64,000 bases of DNA, from assembly GCA_965140585.1 (NCBI GenBank), contig OZ223267.1, positions 64,001 through 128,000 on the forward strand, read 5' to 3'. The notes beneath the pieces are model-generated. The model was given only the letters and a program-made list of their open reading frames with translations, was not told the DNA's origin and did not search any database. This document shows positions 41,351-51,029 of this stretch, one piece after another (the stretch's first letter is position 1; each line of letters begins with the position of its first letter). Position numbers and translations under genes: made by a program. The DNA comes from Spirochaetia bacterium. Its GTDB lineage: Bacteria; Spirochaetota; Spirochaetia; UBA9216.

Positions 41351-42433
41351 ATGAAAATGAAAGTATACCTGCTTCTTCACTTGATCCTGGCCTCCGTTTA
41401 TTCCTGTACCCAGCCCTATCTGGTGGATTCCTCCGAAGGTCCGGCAGCCGGTAACCCCGACGGTACCTATGCTGTTCCTGCCGAAGCTGCCGCAGAGGAT
41501 ACCTCTCTTCCCGACCATGTTATCGGGAACGGGACTCCGGAAAGCTGCACAGCCGAAGATTTTCTTGCTGCCGTGGCGGAAGGCGGCATTATAACTTTTA
41601 ACACAGGGGGAGATCCTGTCACAATAACCATTGAAACTCAGGCAGTTGTGTACAATAACGCCATGCCGGATGTGGTTATAGACGGAGGAGGGCTGGTGAC
41701 TCTCAGCGGGGGAGGAAAAACCCGAATCCTCTATATGAACACATGCGACCCCGAGCTGGTCTGGACAACCTCTCACTGCGATAATCAGGACCACCCAAGG
41801 CTTACCGTCCAGAACATCACCTTTGCAAACGGGAACTCCACCAGCGATGATGAGTATACAGGGGGCGGGGCAATCTGGGTGAGGGGAGGCCGCTTTAAGG
41901 CTGTGAACTGCAGGTTCTTCAACAATCTTGCGGCCGATACCGGGCCTGATACCGGCGGCGGTGCGATAAGGGCATTCAGTCAGTACAACAATGAACCTGT
42001 CTATATTGTAAACTGTACCTTCGGCGGTAAAGAAGGATTCGGTAACAGCGCGTCAAACGGCGGCGCCATCTCAAGCATTGGAGTCTCCTGGACACTTATA
42101 AACTCTGTCTTCTTATGGAACTCAGCTTTGGGCAACGGGGGCAACCCGGCGGAGAGCGGAACACAGGGCGGAGGAAGCGGCGGTGCAGTTTACAATGACG
42201 GCAACATGATGACACTGACTGTCGGCGGTTCCATAATCACTGAGAATACTGTATATGCTTACGGAAGTGCCGTATTCTTTGTTTCAAATGATCATTCAGG
42301 AAACATTGTGGTAGATTCAAGTACGATTACCGGTAACCATGGAGGCTCATGGTATCCGGCCTATGAGGGAATCTCGATGCACAGTGATACCCCAATATCT
42401 GTTACAGCCTCAGTTATAGAAAATAATATCTGA
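41351..42433 (+). CDS. lipoprotein with predicted right-handed beta-helix repeats
   Basis: Lipobox VYSC; repeated GGAI/GGAV followed by FxxN motifs typical of Pmp/pectin-lyase-like folds. Confidence 0.72.
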   Translation: MKMKVYLLLHLILASVYSCTQPYLVDSSEGPAAGNPDGTYAVPAEAAAEDTSLPDHVIGNGTPESCTAEDFLAAVAEGGIITFNTGGDPVTITIETQAVVYNNAMPDVVIDGGGLVTLSGGGKTRILYMNTCDPELVWTTSHCDNQDHPRLTVQNITFANGNSTSDDEYTGGGAIWVRGGRFKAVNCRFFNNLAADTGPDTGGGAIRAFSQYNNEPVYIVNCTFGGKEGFGNSASNGGAISSIGVSWTLINSVFLWNSALGNGGNPAESGTQGGGSGGAVYNDGNMMTLTVGGSIITENTVYAYGSAVFFVSNDHSGNIVVDSSTITGNHGGSWYPAYEGISMHSDTPISVTASVIENNI

Positions 42434-42461
42434 TTACAAAAAGATTATTTACGGAGAAAAT

Positions 42462-43769
42462 ATGGAAAAAATATTCAACGGCTTTTTTATTATGCTTATT
42501 ATATTATCGGCAGGCTCCTGCATTCTCTTTGATGAGGATGCTGATGCTTTCTGTACTGATTATTCCATGAGCGTCCAGACTCTGGATACCCGTACTGTCG
42601 AGCTTGATGGAACTGAATATGAATACCTGCTTTTAAAACTTACAGCCGAGGGTTGTGAACCCTCATATGCACAGTTTTTTCCGCCGCTTTCCGATGAAAA
42701 ATCACCCTGTATATTACAGACTATGCCCTACGATGTAATAGACTGGACCTGGGAAGGTGAGGATATTGTTGAAGCAGTAATGGCAGGCGATGGAAAAACT
42801 GACCCGGATTCAATGATATATCTGGCTAGAAGTCATCTCTCCCACGGTATCGGGGCTCTGTTTGTTTACGGAAGGTTTTACAGGGGCGGCAGCATCATCA
42901 ATGATGTGAATGATATGCTTTGCGGGCTGAAGTTTCTTGAGCAGGAAGAGCTTGCCGATAATGATAAAATCGGAGTAAGCGGCGGTTCCTGGGGAGGCTT
43001 TGAAGCGCTGTATGCCTGTGCATATGCTCCATCCAATATCCGACCATTGGCTGCCGCAATTAATTATCCGGTCAGTGATTTTGAAGCCTGGTATAATTAT
43101 GCGGCTTATCCCGAAAACTACATCAGCGATTCAGCAAAAATCAGTCAATACCGTGACTTTTTCACTCCATACATAGAAAGAATTGAGAAATCTACCGGCG
43201 GAGCGCCGGCTGCTGTAGGAGCAGATTTTTCCGGTTTCAGGCTAATCGATCTTGAAGCCGCTGTTGATACTGATATGCTGATAATCCATGACGCCTGGGA
43301 TACCCTGGTGCCGGTAACCGGAACGGAGGGTCTGTATGAAGCCTCTGCCGACCATGTTAATCCCATGATTTTTTATCATGAAGCTGCAATCGACTATAAT
43401 AATTTTGAACTTTCTCACATGGATCTCCTTACAGACGGTTCGGATGCACCAGCATATCTTACCTGGATGTACCTGTATCTCTATAAGGCACTGGTTGGAG
43501 CGGGACAGGATATCCTGATGATTTATGATGCGGACCGTATCGATGCCTTTTGTGCTTATGTTAAAGAGTTTGATGAGCTTGGTTATGATGTCGGCTGGGC
43601 GGCAGACCGGTTTCTTGAAATGTTTGATGATCGTATAACCCTGTTTGAGATTAACGATGAGTCATATGATAAAGCCTCTGATGTGATGACCGCGGCTTTC
43701 AATTCAGCCTGGGGAACCTCATACTCTGCATCGGAACTTGAATCACTGCTTCAGGCCGGGCTGCCGTAG
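42462..43769 (+). CDS. alpha/beta hydrolase (S9-like) lipoprotein
   Basis: Lipobox AGSC; KIGVSGGSWGG nucleophile elbow and IIHDAWDTLVP acid motif. Confidence 0.75.
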   Translation: MEKIFNGFFIMLIILSAGSCILFDEDADAFCTDYSMSVQTLDTRTVELDGTEYEYLLLKLTAEGCEPSYAQFFPPLSDEKSPCILQTMPYDVIDWTWEGEDIVEAVMAGDGKTDPDSMIYLARSHLSHGIGALFVYGRFYRGGSIINDVNDMLCGLKFLEQEELADNDKIGVSGGSWGGFEALYACAYAPSNIRPLAAAINYPVSDFEAWYNYAAYPENYISDSAKISQYRDFFTPYIERIEKSTGGAPAAVGADFSGFRLIDLEAAVDTDMLIIHDAWDTLVPVTGTEGLYEASADHVNPMIFYHEAAIDYNNFELSHMDLLTDGSDAPAYLTWMYLYLYKALVGAGQDILMIYDADRIDAFCAYVKEFDELGYDVGWAADRFLEMFDDRITLFEINDESYDKASDVMTAAFNSAWGTSYSASELESLLQAGLP

Positions 43770-43811
43770 CCGCATCGTAAAACTCTGCGGCTTACGTAAA
43801 AATAGTAAAGG

Positions 43812-45053
43812 CTATTCCTGCCCTCCGTCTGTTATAGTCCAGTTATTAGGTGAACCAGTCAGTATTGCCCTTGCCGAGGCTGCAGATGCACTGTACTTTA
43901 TGTTGTCGGCATAAAACTGAACATTGGGTTTTACGCCGGCATTCTGAGCCAAAGCCGCCCATCCTGAGAGCAGGGCATTATAATTGGCTGTGGACAGACC
44001 GCTTGATGTAAACATATTTATCATGGTTGTTACACTGCTGATATCCCATTCGCCTAAATCCTGATCAAAAGAGGATGCGTTCCAGAACATTCCGAACATC
44101 GATTCGACATTTCCGGTGTCCCAGTCTGAGATATCCTGATTAAACAGAGCTGCATTGCTGAACATCCCTTCCATAATTATAACTTTGCTTGTGTTCCATA
44201 ATGAAATATCGCTGTTGAACTTTGATGCATATGAAAAAGTATATTGAAGATACTCTACTGTAGAAGTATCCCAATTATTTATACCCGGAATGTCTGTAAG
44301 AGTGCTGCAGCTTCCAAAACATCTTACCAGGCTTGAAGTCGTACTCAGGTCCGGAACATCCCCAGCTGTGATTGTGAGATTTGTACAGCCGTGAAACTGC
44401 TGTGATGTACTGCCGAAAGAAAGATGTCCCCAGTTGGATATTTCGATAAGCTTCTTTTCATCACCTGCATTCGCAAAAGACCATCCGGTACATTCTCCGT
44501 CAATCAGAACATCATATGTTCCTGCTGATGTAAAAGTATGAGTAGCGGCAGAATCGTCCCATGCTGTAATGGTATTGCTGCTGCCGTCTCCCCAGTAGGC
44601 AGTAAAGCTGTAGCTTCCGTTTGCTACGAGGGGCAGGGTAATCTGGTTGTCAGCTGAAGTTCCGGTATTGTCTGTTTTCCAGCTTGTAAGAAATGCACTG
44701 ATGACAGCTACATTTACCTCTGCGGTACCTGATTTTATTCCGTCTTCGCTTGCCGCTTCAACAGAAACTGTATAGCTTCCCTCATCCCAGCTGTTGTCAA
44801 AGTTGAAAGCAGCACCGGTTGCTTTCTCTTTCCCGTTTACTTTTCATGTATATTCCGGACTGATTTCCGTCTCCTCAATAGAAACGGAGAAATTAAGGCT
44901 TTCATGGCTGTATTTGGATGAACTCCCTCCGCTTATGCTCACCGTCAGACTGCTGTCCCCGTTATCATCCGTTCCGTCCGGCGGCTGAGGACAGCCTGTT
45001 AAGATTAAAATCACAGCTGATAACAGCAAAAGAATTGAAAACTTTTTTCCCAT
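43812..45053 (-). pseudogene. DUF285/BspA-like lipoprotein interrupted by one in-frame TGA
   Basis: Hand translation gives one continuous frame from 45053 (lipobox LTGC) to 43812 with only a TGA at 44844-44846 (EYT*KVNG). The product is paralogous to the C-terminal half of 38905-41286. Confidence 0.85.
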
Positions 45054-45175
45054 TTTAGTTTTTCTCCTGTGTCACTTTTTATGATAAAGAAGGTAGCACA
45101 GTATTGGAAACAATCAATTCAGTAATTTAAATCTTATTTTTAATCATATAAGTCCGGAAAGAGCGCAGCATGACA

Positions 45176-45196
45176 AGGCGGGCTTTGAGCCCGCCT
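45176..45196 (-). terminator. hairpin downstream of the DUF35 gene
   Basis: AGGCGGGCT-ttg-AGCCCGCCT perfect 9-bp stem; weak U-tract. Confidence 0.5.
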
Positions 45197-45203
45197 GTAA
45201 TAA

Positions 45204-45599
45204 TCATTTCAGCTTGAAAGATACAAACTTGAATCCGTCTTTCTGAATAATTTCCATTGTCACATCTGCTGGGAGAAGATCGTATAACTCATCAACTTTT
45301 TCAAGATCGTAATCTTCAAGTGATGCAGTGAAGGAAGTCCCTTCATCAAGTTCCACCTGTCCGATAACTTTTGGACCGTATTTGGATTGGATGGCATCCA
45401 TAAAGCGCATTACAGAAAATGAGACCAGTTTTCCCTGGCCCTTCATCTCAACCCACTCAAGGTTAGTATTTGAACAGTTATTACAAACAGGAACAGGAGG
45501 GAATTCAGTAGCTCCGCATGCAGGACACTTTTTTCCCATTATTTTTCCTTCTTCAAGATGATCATACCATTTTTTTACATGTGACTCTATCTTAATCAT
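45204..45599 (-). CDS. DUF35 / ChsH2-like Zn-ribbon OB-fold protein
   Basis: KCPACGATEFPPVPVCNNC, GKLVSFS and VELDEG motifs; follows the thiolase. Confidence 0.88.
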   Translation of the reverse strand: MIKIESHVKKWYDHLEEGKIMGKKCPACGATEFPPVPVCNNCSNTNLEWVEMKGQGKLVSFSVMRFMDAIQSKYGPKVIGQVELDEGTSFTASLEDYDLEKVDELYDLLPADVTMEIIQKDGFKFVSFKLK

Positions 45600-45619
45600 T
45601 TTAAGTTCCTCCTATGTTT

Positions 45620-46915
45620 TTAAACAGCCCGCAACACTGCTGCTGTGGAATGAAAACCTGCACCGTATCCATGGATTACTGCAGTTTCAGGCTTTTTCTT
45701 CATTTGCCGTTTTCCGCAATTACCTCTCATCTGATTGATTGCTTCAGCAATCTCAATTCCTGCCGCTCCTGCGATCGGATGTCCCATATTCAGTCTTCCG
45801 CCGGTTGTGTTTACCGGTTTATCGCCGTCATGAGCAATCCGGCCTTCCTTGACAGCAGCAAGGCCTTCACCCGGTTTAAAATAACCGGCGGTCTCTGTTA
45901 CAGTCATATAGTGCTGAGCGCAGCAGTCATGAATTCCCATATAATCAATTTCATTGTACGGATCTGTAATTCCTGCCATGGCGTATGCCTGATTAAATGC
46001 TTCAATCTCAAAACTCATAGGTGAACCGGTCTGATAATATCCTGCAGAAGTTGACATCCCATGACCTATCAGTTCTACCGGATTTTCAACCAGCTTTTTC
46101 GCTGTCTCTGTAGGGCAGACTATAAGAGCTGCCGCACCGTCAATTACAGAAGTCAGATGTGAAGCTCTCATGACTGCACCTATAAGAGGGTTATATTCAG
46201 CATTATTTAAAAAATCATAGACATCAGATAAGCCTGCATTTTCTGCATCTTCCTCAAAAGAGGTACTGGACATTAAAGCCAGAGGATTATTAACGGCATT
46301 ATGTCTGCTGATGAGAGATATTTTATTCATTGCATCGTTGAGTTCTTTGAGACTATATCCGTATTTTTTACCGTAAGATATTAGTGCTCCTTCAAGGAAT
46401 GCTACAATCTCGCCTCCCGGATACCAATAGGCATTATCGCAGCCGAGTGCGTTGGAATCAAAAAGTACATCTTCAAATTCACTTTTCTTTCTCATAAAAG
46501 GCGGATTACCTCGGATGACATTGCTTCTGTTTATATCAACATTAGCGCTTAGAACAAACTCATGCTTTCCGGATGCAACTGTGACTGCAGCATGATGTAA
46601 ACCCGAAAGGGCAGTGCAGCAGGCTGTCTCATGCTTGAAGGCCGGGATTTCTGATAATCCAGCCCATCTTCCCATTGAGCCGGATTGTGAAATTTGGGCT
46701 GAATGGGATTCGTCAAAAACCTGTCCGAGAAACATGCAGTCAATATCCTTTGCTTCCAGTCCCGCATCTTCCAGGGCTTCAAGTGTTGCCCATGCAAATA
46801 GTTCTCTTTCGGTTAAATCCTTCACTTCCGGAGTTTTCATAACATTCCCCATGGGAGTTACTCCTACACCGACAATTGAAACACTTCTGGCAAATTGTCC
46901 AATTCGTGTTTTCAT
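45620..46915 (-). CDS. thiolase family protein, SCP2/archaeal type
   Basis: VSIVGVG, ETACCTA, DGAAALIV, IHDCC and VNTTGG...GHPIAG motifs; no C-terminal CxG. Confidence 0.88.
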   Translation of the reverse strand: MKTRIGQFARSVSIVGVGVTPMGNVMKTPEVKDLTERELFAWATLEALEDAGLEAKDIDCMFLGQVFDESHSAQISQSGSMGRWAGLSEIPAFKHETACCTALSGLHHAAVTVASGKHEFVLSANVDINRSNVIRGNPPFMRKKSEFEDVLFDSNALGCDNAYWYPGGEIVAFLEGALISYGKKYGYSLKELNDAMNKISLISRHNAVNNPLALMSSTSFEEDAENAGLSDVYDFLNNAEYNPLIGAVMRASHLTSVIDGAAALIVCPTETAKKLVENPVELIGHGMSTSAGYYQTGSPMSFEIEAFNQAYAMAGITDPYNEIDYMGIHDCCAQHYMTVTETAGYFKPGEGLAAVKEGRIAHDGDKPVNTTGGRLNMGHPIAGAAGIEIAEAINQMRGNCGKRQMKKKPETAVIHGYGAGFHSTAAVLRAV

Positions 46916-46938
46916 TTTTTCCTCCTGAAAAATATAGT

Positions 46939-46968
46939 TTAAACTGACTAACTAGTTAGTCAGTTTAA
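46939..46968. promoter_or_regulatory. 30-bp perfect palindrome, probable TetR operator of the thiolase operon
   Basis: TTAAACTGACTAACTAGTTAGTCAGTTTAA, upstream of the thiolase SD. Confidence 0.8.
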
Positions 46969-46981
46969 TTACAAAAAAAAC

Positions 46982-47590
46982 TTATCTGAGAAAATCCGTA
47001 TATACTCTATTAAGAATATCTGAAAAACACTTATCAACTTCTGTTTTGTCGAAATCATGAGTCTTAATCCATTCACTTTCGAGGATTGAGAAGAATAGGG
47101 AAGGGATGAAAATGAAAAAGGCATCCGTTATATTACGTTTGATATCTGAATAATCCGTGCTGAATCCTCTCTGCTTAAGAAGGTTATTACGTCCTGAAAT
47201 GTTTATTGAATCCCAGAAATCCAGAAGATTTTCAGTTTTCGAAGAAGTTTTAAAAGACTCGAATATAAGAATTTTCAGAACTCTTGAGTTGTTCATAAGA
47301 AATTCAATACCTCGCTGAATCTCATTCTCTTTCCAGTTTGAATTGCTCTCTGAATTTTCTACCGAGTAGACATTATTAAACATTTCGGACATTGAAGTTT
47401 TAAAATCAGCAAGGATTTCATCAAGGATTACCTGCTTGCTTTTAAAATTATAATAGATAAGCGCCTGGCTGATTTTAGCTTCCGAAGCAATTTCACTTAC
47501 TCTTGTCCCGTCGAATCCTTTTTCCGAGAAAAGTTTTATTGAGACTTCAAGGATAAGGTCTCTTGTGCTTCCGTCATTTGTTGTTTTCAT
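46982..47590 (-). CDS. TetR/AcrR family transcriptional regulator
   Basis: TRDLILEVSIKLFSEKGFDGTRVSEIASEAKISQALIYYNFKSK HTH. Confidence 0.93.
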   Translation of the reverse strand: MKTTNDGSTRDLILEVSIKLFSEKGFDGTRVSEIASEAKISQALIYYNFKSKQVILDEILADFKTSMSEMFNNVYSVENSESNSNWKENEIQRGIEFLMNNSRVLKILIFESFKTSSKTENLLDFWDSINISGRNNLLKQRGFSTDYSDIKRNITDAFFIFIPSLFFSILESEWIKTHDFDKTEVDKCFSDILNRVYTDFLR

Positions 47591-47606
47591 TTCTGCTCCG
47601 GCAATT

Positions 47607-47628
47607 CCTGACTAAGTAGTTGGTCAGG
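47607..47628. promoter_or_regulatory. second, imperfect copy of the TetR operator (autoregulation)
   Basis: CCTGACTAAGTAGTTGGTCAGG shares CTGACTAA-TAGTT-GTCAG with 46939-46968; lies between the tetR promoter and start. Confidence 0.72.
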
Positions 47629-47636
47629 TTTGTCTT

Positions 47637-47664
47637 ATTCTACAGCATTATTATCAGATGTCAA
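47637..47664 (-). promoter_or_regulatory. sigma70-type promoter of tetR
   Basis: TTGACA, 16 bp, TAGAAT on the minus strand. Confidence 0.65.
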
Positions 47665-47687
47665 GGTAAAACATTATATAAAGATAT

Positions 47688-47713
47688 AAAAAAGGGGAGG
47701 CAAACGCCTCCCC
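47688..47713 (-). terminator. intrinsic terminator
   Basis: GGGGAGGC / GCCTCCCC stem with a T6 tail on the minus strand, after the lipoprotein gene. Confidence 0.8.
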
Positions 47714-47724
47714 CGGATTATCCT

Positions 47725-48861
47725 TTATTCAACCTTTAAAGCATCGTATTCAACCGGAGAGCCGTCAATCATAAATGTTCCGGAATGGGTTGCCCGCTGA
47801 AAAGAGTCACAGTTCAGAGTTATGTCCTCAGCCCCTGCTTTAAAATAGAATGAATTGCCGTCATCAGAATTGACAAACCATTCTGCATACATATCATCAA
47901 TTTCCTGATCTGTCATATCATCAAGAATTCCGTATGTATCGTACCACATTCCGAAACTCCTGTTAAACAATGCACCTGTTCTTGATATCCCACCCATATA
48001 AAGCTGTCCGACTATGGCATTGCCGTTCGCGTCTGTAAGAATCCTCATCATGTCTGTATAATATTGAGCATCCTTTGCTTTCAGATAATATTTTTCGTAT
48101 ACGGAAGTTTCGGCAATATAGGGAGTAACCCATTCAAGCTGTCCTGTTTCCCAGGAGCCGTTTACGTTCAGCAGCCCTGTTTCAAGCGGATACCTGAGAT
48201 CAATTGTCGAACCGTCTCCATTGAATACCAGTTCATCGTGTCCTGCATGTTTCTGTCCTCCCGCGGCAAGCAGCAGGTAAATACCCTTTACACCATCCTG
48301 AACTGCTGGATTTGATGGATCAGCTGATTCGACAGGTATTTCCGTTCCTACAACAGTGAAAACCCCTTCTTCCGCATCCTGTGTTGCCCCATCCCCAGTC
48401 ATTGTGCCGTCTGACCTGGTTCTGTAGACTATACCATTGTGGTTTACATAGCCCTTTGCTGTAACCGACGAACCTATACCTATGTATATTTTATCAATAG
48501 CGTTGCCCAGCGGGTTCTCTATTATCAGTGGCAGTTTATCTGAAAGGCTTTCAACCGCAAGATCGACCTTTGTCCCGGAGCCTTCGGTAACATTATATAG
48601 GGTATGCCTGTCATAGCTCATTCCCGGAATGGCCTCGGTATCAAAGAGTGCAATGTAGACATACAGAATTTCAATTTCATACTTTTCAAAGTTTGAGATT
48701 ACGGTTTCTGTTGCAGTCATGGACCTTACCAGTCTTGCTGATGCTGTCTGTTCGGCGCTCATATCTACTTCATATGTATCAAAGTAGTAGGGGTTAAAAA
48801 AGCATCCCGTAAATAAAGTGACCAGACCTGCTGTAAGCAGAACCGCCGTGATTTTTTTCAT
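47725..48861 (-). CDS. lipoprotein, function unknown
   Basis: MKKITAVLLTAGLVTLFTGC lipobox; AGGAG SD; own terminator. Confidence 0.8.
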   Translation of the reverse strand: MKKITAVLLTAGLVTLFTGCFFNPYYFDTYEVDMSAEQTASARLVRSMTATETVISNFEKYEIEILYVYIALFDTEAIPGMSYDRHTLYNVTEGSGTKVDLAVESLSDKLPLIIENPLGNAIDKIYIGIGSSVTAKGYVNHNGIVYRTRSDGTMTGDGATQDAEEGVFTVVGTEIPVESADPSNPAVQDGVKGIYLLLAAGGQKHAGHDELVFNGDGSTIDLRYPLETGLLNVNGSWETGQLEWVTPYIAETSVYEKYYLKAKDAQYYTDMMRILTDANGNAIVGQLYMGGISRTGALFNRSFGMWYDTYGILDDMTDQEIDDMYAEWFVNSDDGNSFYFKAGAEDITLNCDSFQRATHSGTFMIDGSPVEYDALKVE

Positions 48862-49016
48862 AGTTTTCTCCTGATAATTTATGTTGTTACTGAATTCTCG
48901 TTTTATCTATTTGAGAAATCAAATACTGAAATTCTTATATATGAATAAATAACTTTATGATTATCTTAATATTTACCCTATATACATTTCCCTGATAAAT
49001 CAGTACATTCACACTG

Positions 49017-50843
49017 ATGAAACATTTAGAGAATAATAACAATATTCGAAACATCGCAATTATTGCTCACGTAGACCACGGTAAAACTACTCTTGTGGAT
49101 GCGATGTTCAGGCAGAGTGGAACATTCCGCGAAAACCAGGAAACTGCCGACAGACTGATGGACAGAATGGACCTCGAACGTGAACGGGGAATTACTATAG
49201 CTGCTAAGAACTGCTCAATACACTGGCATGATGTAAAGATAAACATTCTTGATACACCCGGCCACGCCGACTTCGGCGGTGAGGTTGAGCGCGCAATGTC
49301 AATGGTTGACGGAGTAATACTGCTCGTTGATGCCTCCGAGGGCCCGCTTCCGCAGACCCGCTTTGTATTAAGCAAGGCTCTGGCTGCCGGACTCCGGATT
49401 ATCGTTGTAATAAACAAGGTTGACAGAGCTGACGCCCGCTGTGCGGAAGTGCTTGATGAAATTTATGAGCTTTTCATCGACCTCGATGCAGATGAGACCC
49501 AGCTTGATTTCCCGCTTTATTACGCAAACGGAAAGGCCGGAACCGCAGGTGTAGCTCCTGATAAACAGGATGAAAATCTGCACAGGCTTCTTGAGGCAAT
49601 AGTCAATGAGCTTCCGGGCCCGGCCTATGAACCAGATGCTCCTTTCCAGATGCTTGTATCTGATCTCAGCTACAGCGATTACCTTGGAAGACTTGCTGTC
49701 GGTAAGGTTGTCAATGGTTCCGTGCATTCAAAGGATTCGCTTGTCTGTATCGGTCTGGAAGGAAAACCTAAGGCCCTTAATGTAACAAAGCTGCAGGTTT
49801 ACGAAGGACCGGGGCTTGGTGAGGCAGTTTCTGTTGAGCCGGGTGAAATTGTAGTCCTCTCAGGTATTGAAGATGTTCATATCGGTGATACGATCTGTAC
49901 TAAAGAAAACCCGAAAGCCTTAAAACGTATAACTGTAGATGAACCTACCGTCTCCATGCTTTTTACAGCCAATAATTCTCCCCTGAAAGGGAAGGAAGGA
50001 AAGCATGTTCAGAGTAATAAGATACATGAACGGCTTATCAAAGAAACCTTGAGTAATGTATCTATGAAGGTCGAACAGCTTGAGGGAGGCGAGGGCTTTC
50101 TGGTGAAAGGCCGCGGCGAATTTCAGATGGTTATTCTGATTGAAACAATGAGAAGAGAAGGTTTTGAGCTTTGTGTAGGGCGTCCGACGGTTATTTTTCA
50201 TTATGAGGATGGAAAGAAGATTGAGCCCATTGAGCACCTCTTCGTTGACTGTGAGGAAACATATACAGGTATTGTTACCGAGAAGCTTTCACAGCGCAAA
50301 GGCCGTATGACAAACTTTATAAATCACAATAACGGCCGGGCAAGGTTGGAGTTTTCGGTTCCATCAAGGGCTCTCATCGGCTATCGTGATGAGTTTTTAA
50401 CCGATACCCGCGGTACCGGAATAATGAGTTCATACATCAGCGGCTACGAAGAATACCGCGGTGATTTCCCCGAACGTCACACTGGTTCTCTTGTTGCAGA
50501 CAGAAGCGGAGACTGCGTTCCATATGCACTTTTCAACCTGGAACCGCGCGGCAATCTCTTTGTTCAACCGGGTGACAAATCATATGAGGGCATGATTATC
50601 GGTGAGCATAACAGAGATAATGATCTTGATGTTAATCCTGTAAAAACAAAGAAGCTTTCAAATATGAGGGCTTCCGGAAAGGATGAGGCTGTAATACTTA
50701 CACCGATTATTCCGCTCACAATTGAAAGGGCTATCCAGTACATAAAGGAAGATGAGATGGTTGAGATTACTCCGCTGTCCATCCGCCTTAGAAAACGAAT
50801 TCTTTCAGCGCAGGACAGAAAGGTCGACAGAAAGAATAAGTAG
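49017..50843 (+). CDS. typA: translational GTPase TypA/BipA
   Basis: IAHVDHGKTTLVD, ERERGITIAAKN, DTPGHADFGGEVER and KKLSNMRASGKDE motifs. Confidence 0.98.
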   Translation: MKHLENNNNIRNIAIIAHVDHGKTTLVDAMFRQSGTFRENQETADRLMDRMDLERERGITIAAKNCSIHWHDVKINILDTPGHADFGGEVERAMSMVDGVILLVDASEGPLPQTRFVLSKALAAGLRIIVVINKVDRADARCAEVLDEIYELFIDLDADETQLDFPLYYANGKAGTAGVAPDKQDENLHRLLEAIVNELPGPAYEPDAPFQMLVSDLSYSDYLGRLAVGKVVNGSVHSKDSLVCIGLEGKPKALNVTKLQVYEGPGLGEAVSVEPGEIVVLSGIEDVHIGDTICTKENPKALKRITVDEPTVSMLFTANNSPLKGKEGKHVQSNKIHERLIKETLSNVSMKVEQLEGGEGFLVKGRGEFQMVILIETMRREGFELCVGRPTVIFHYEDGKKIEPIEHLFVDCEETYTGIVTEKLSQRKGRMTNFINHNNGRARLEFSVPSRALIGYRDEFLTDTRGTGIMSSYISGYEEYRGDFPERHTGSLVADRSGDCVPYALFNLEPRGNLFVQPGDKSYEGMIIGEHNRDNDLDVNPVKTKKLSNMRASGKDEAVILTPIIPLTIERAIQYIKEDEMVEITPLSIRLRKRILSAQDRKVDRKNK

Positions 50844-50888
50844 AAAACCGTATTAAAAGCGGATATCTCAAATATTTATACAGGAAAG

Positions 50889-50917
50889 AGCAGCTGAATT
50901 AACAGCTGCTTTTTTTT
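50889..50917 (+). terminator. intrinsic terminator after typA
   Basis: AGCAGCTG-aattaa-CAGCTGCT followed by a T-run. Confidence 0.8.
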
Positions 50918-51029
50918 ACCAGGGATACTTTTATGTTCCCGCATTGATGAAATGAAAATAATAGAATTTTAATCAGGAAATAACTGTAAAATCAAAATTC
51001 CGATCATTATAATTAAATGACATAAAAGA

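Noticed and set aside
44844-44846. TGA read as Trp or Sec (alternative genetic code)
   Set aside because: Trp is TGG throughout the same gene and TGA ends many intact genes (e.g. 16488, 52723, 58624). The context is a Trp site, not a Cys site.
29000-49000. Prophage or integrative element explaining the accessory region
   Set aside because: I found no integrase, transposase, phage structural gene, tRNA target or flanking direct repeat.
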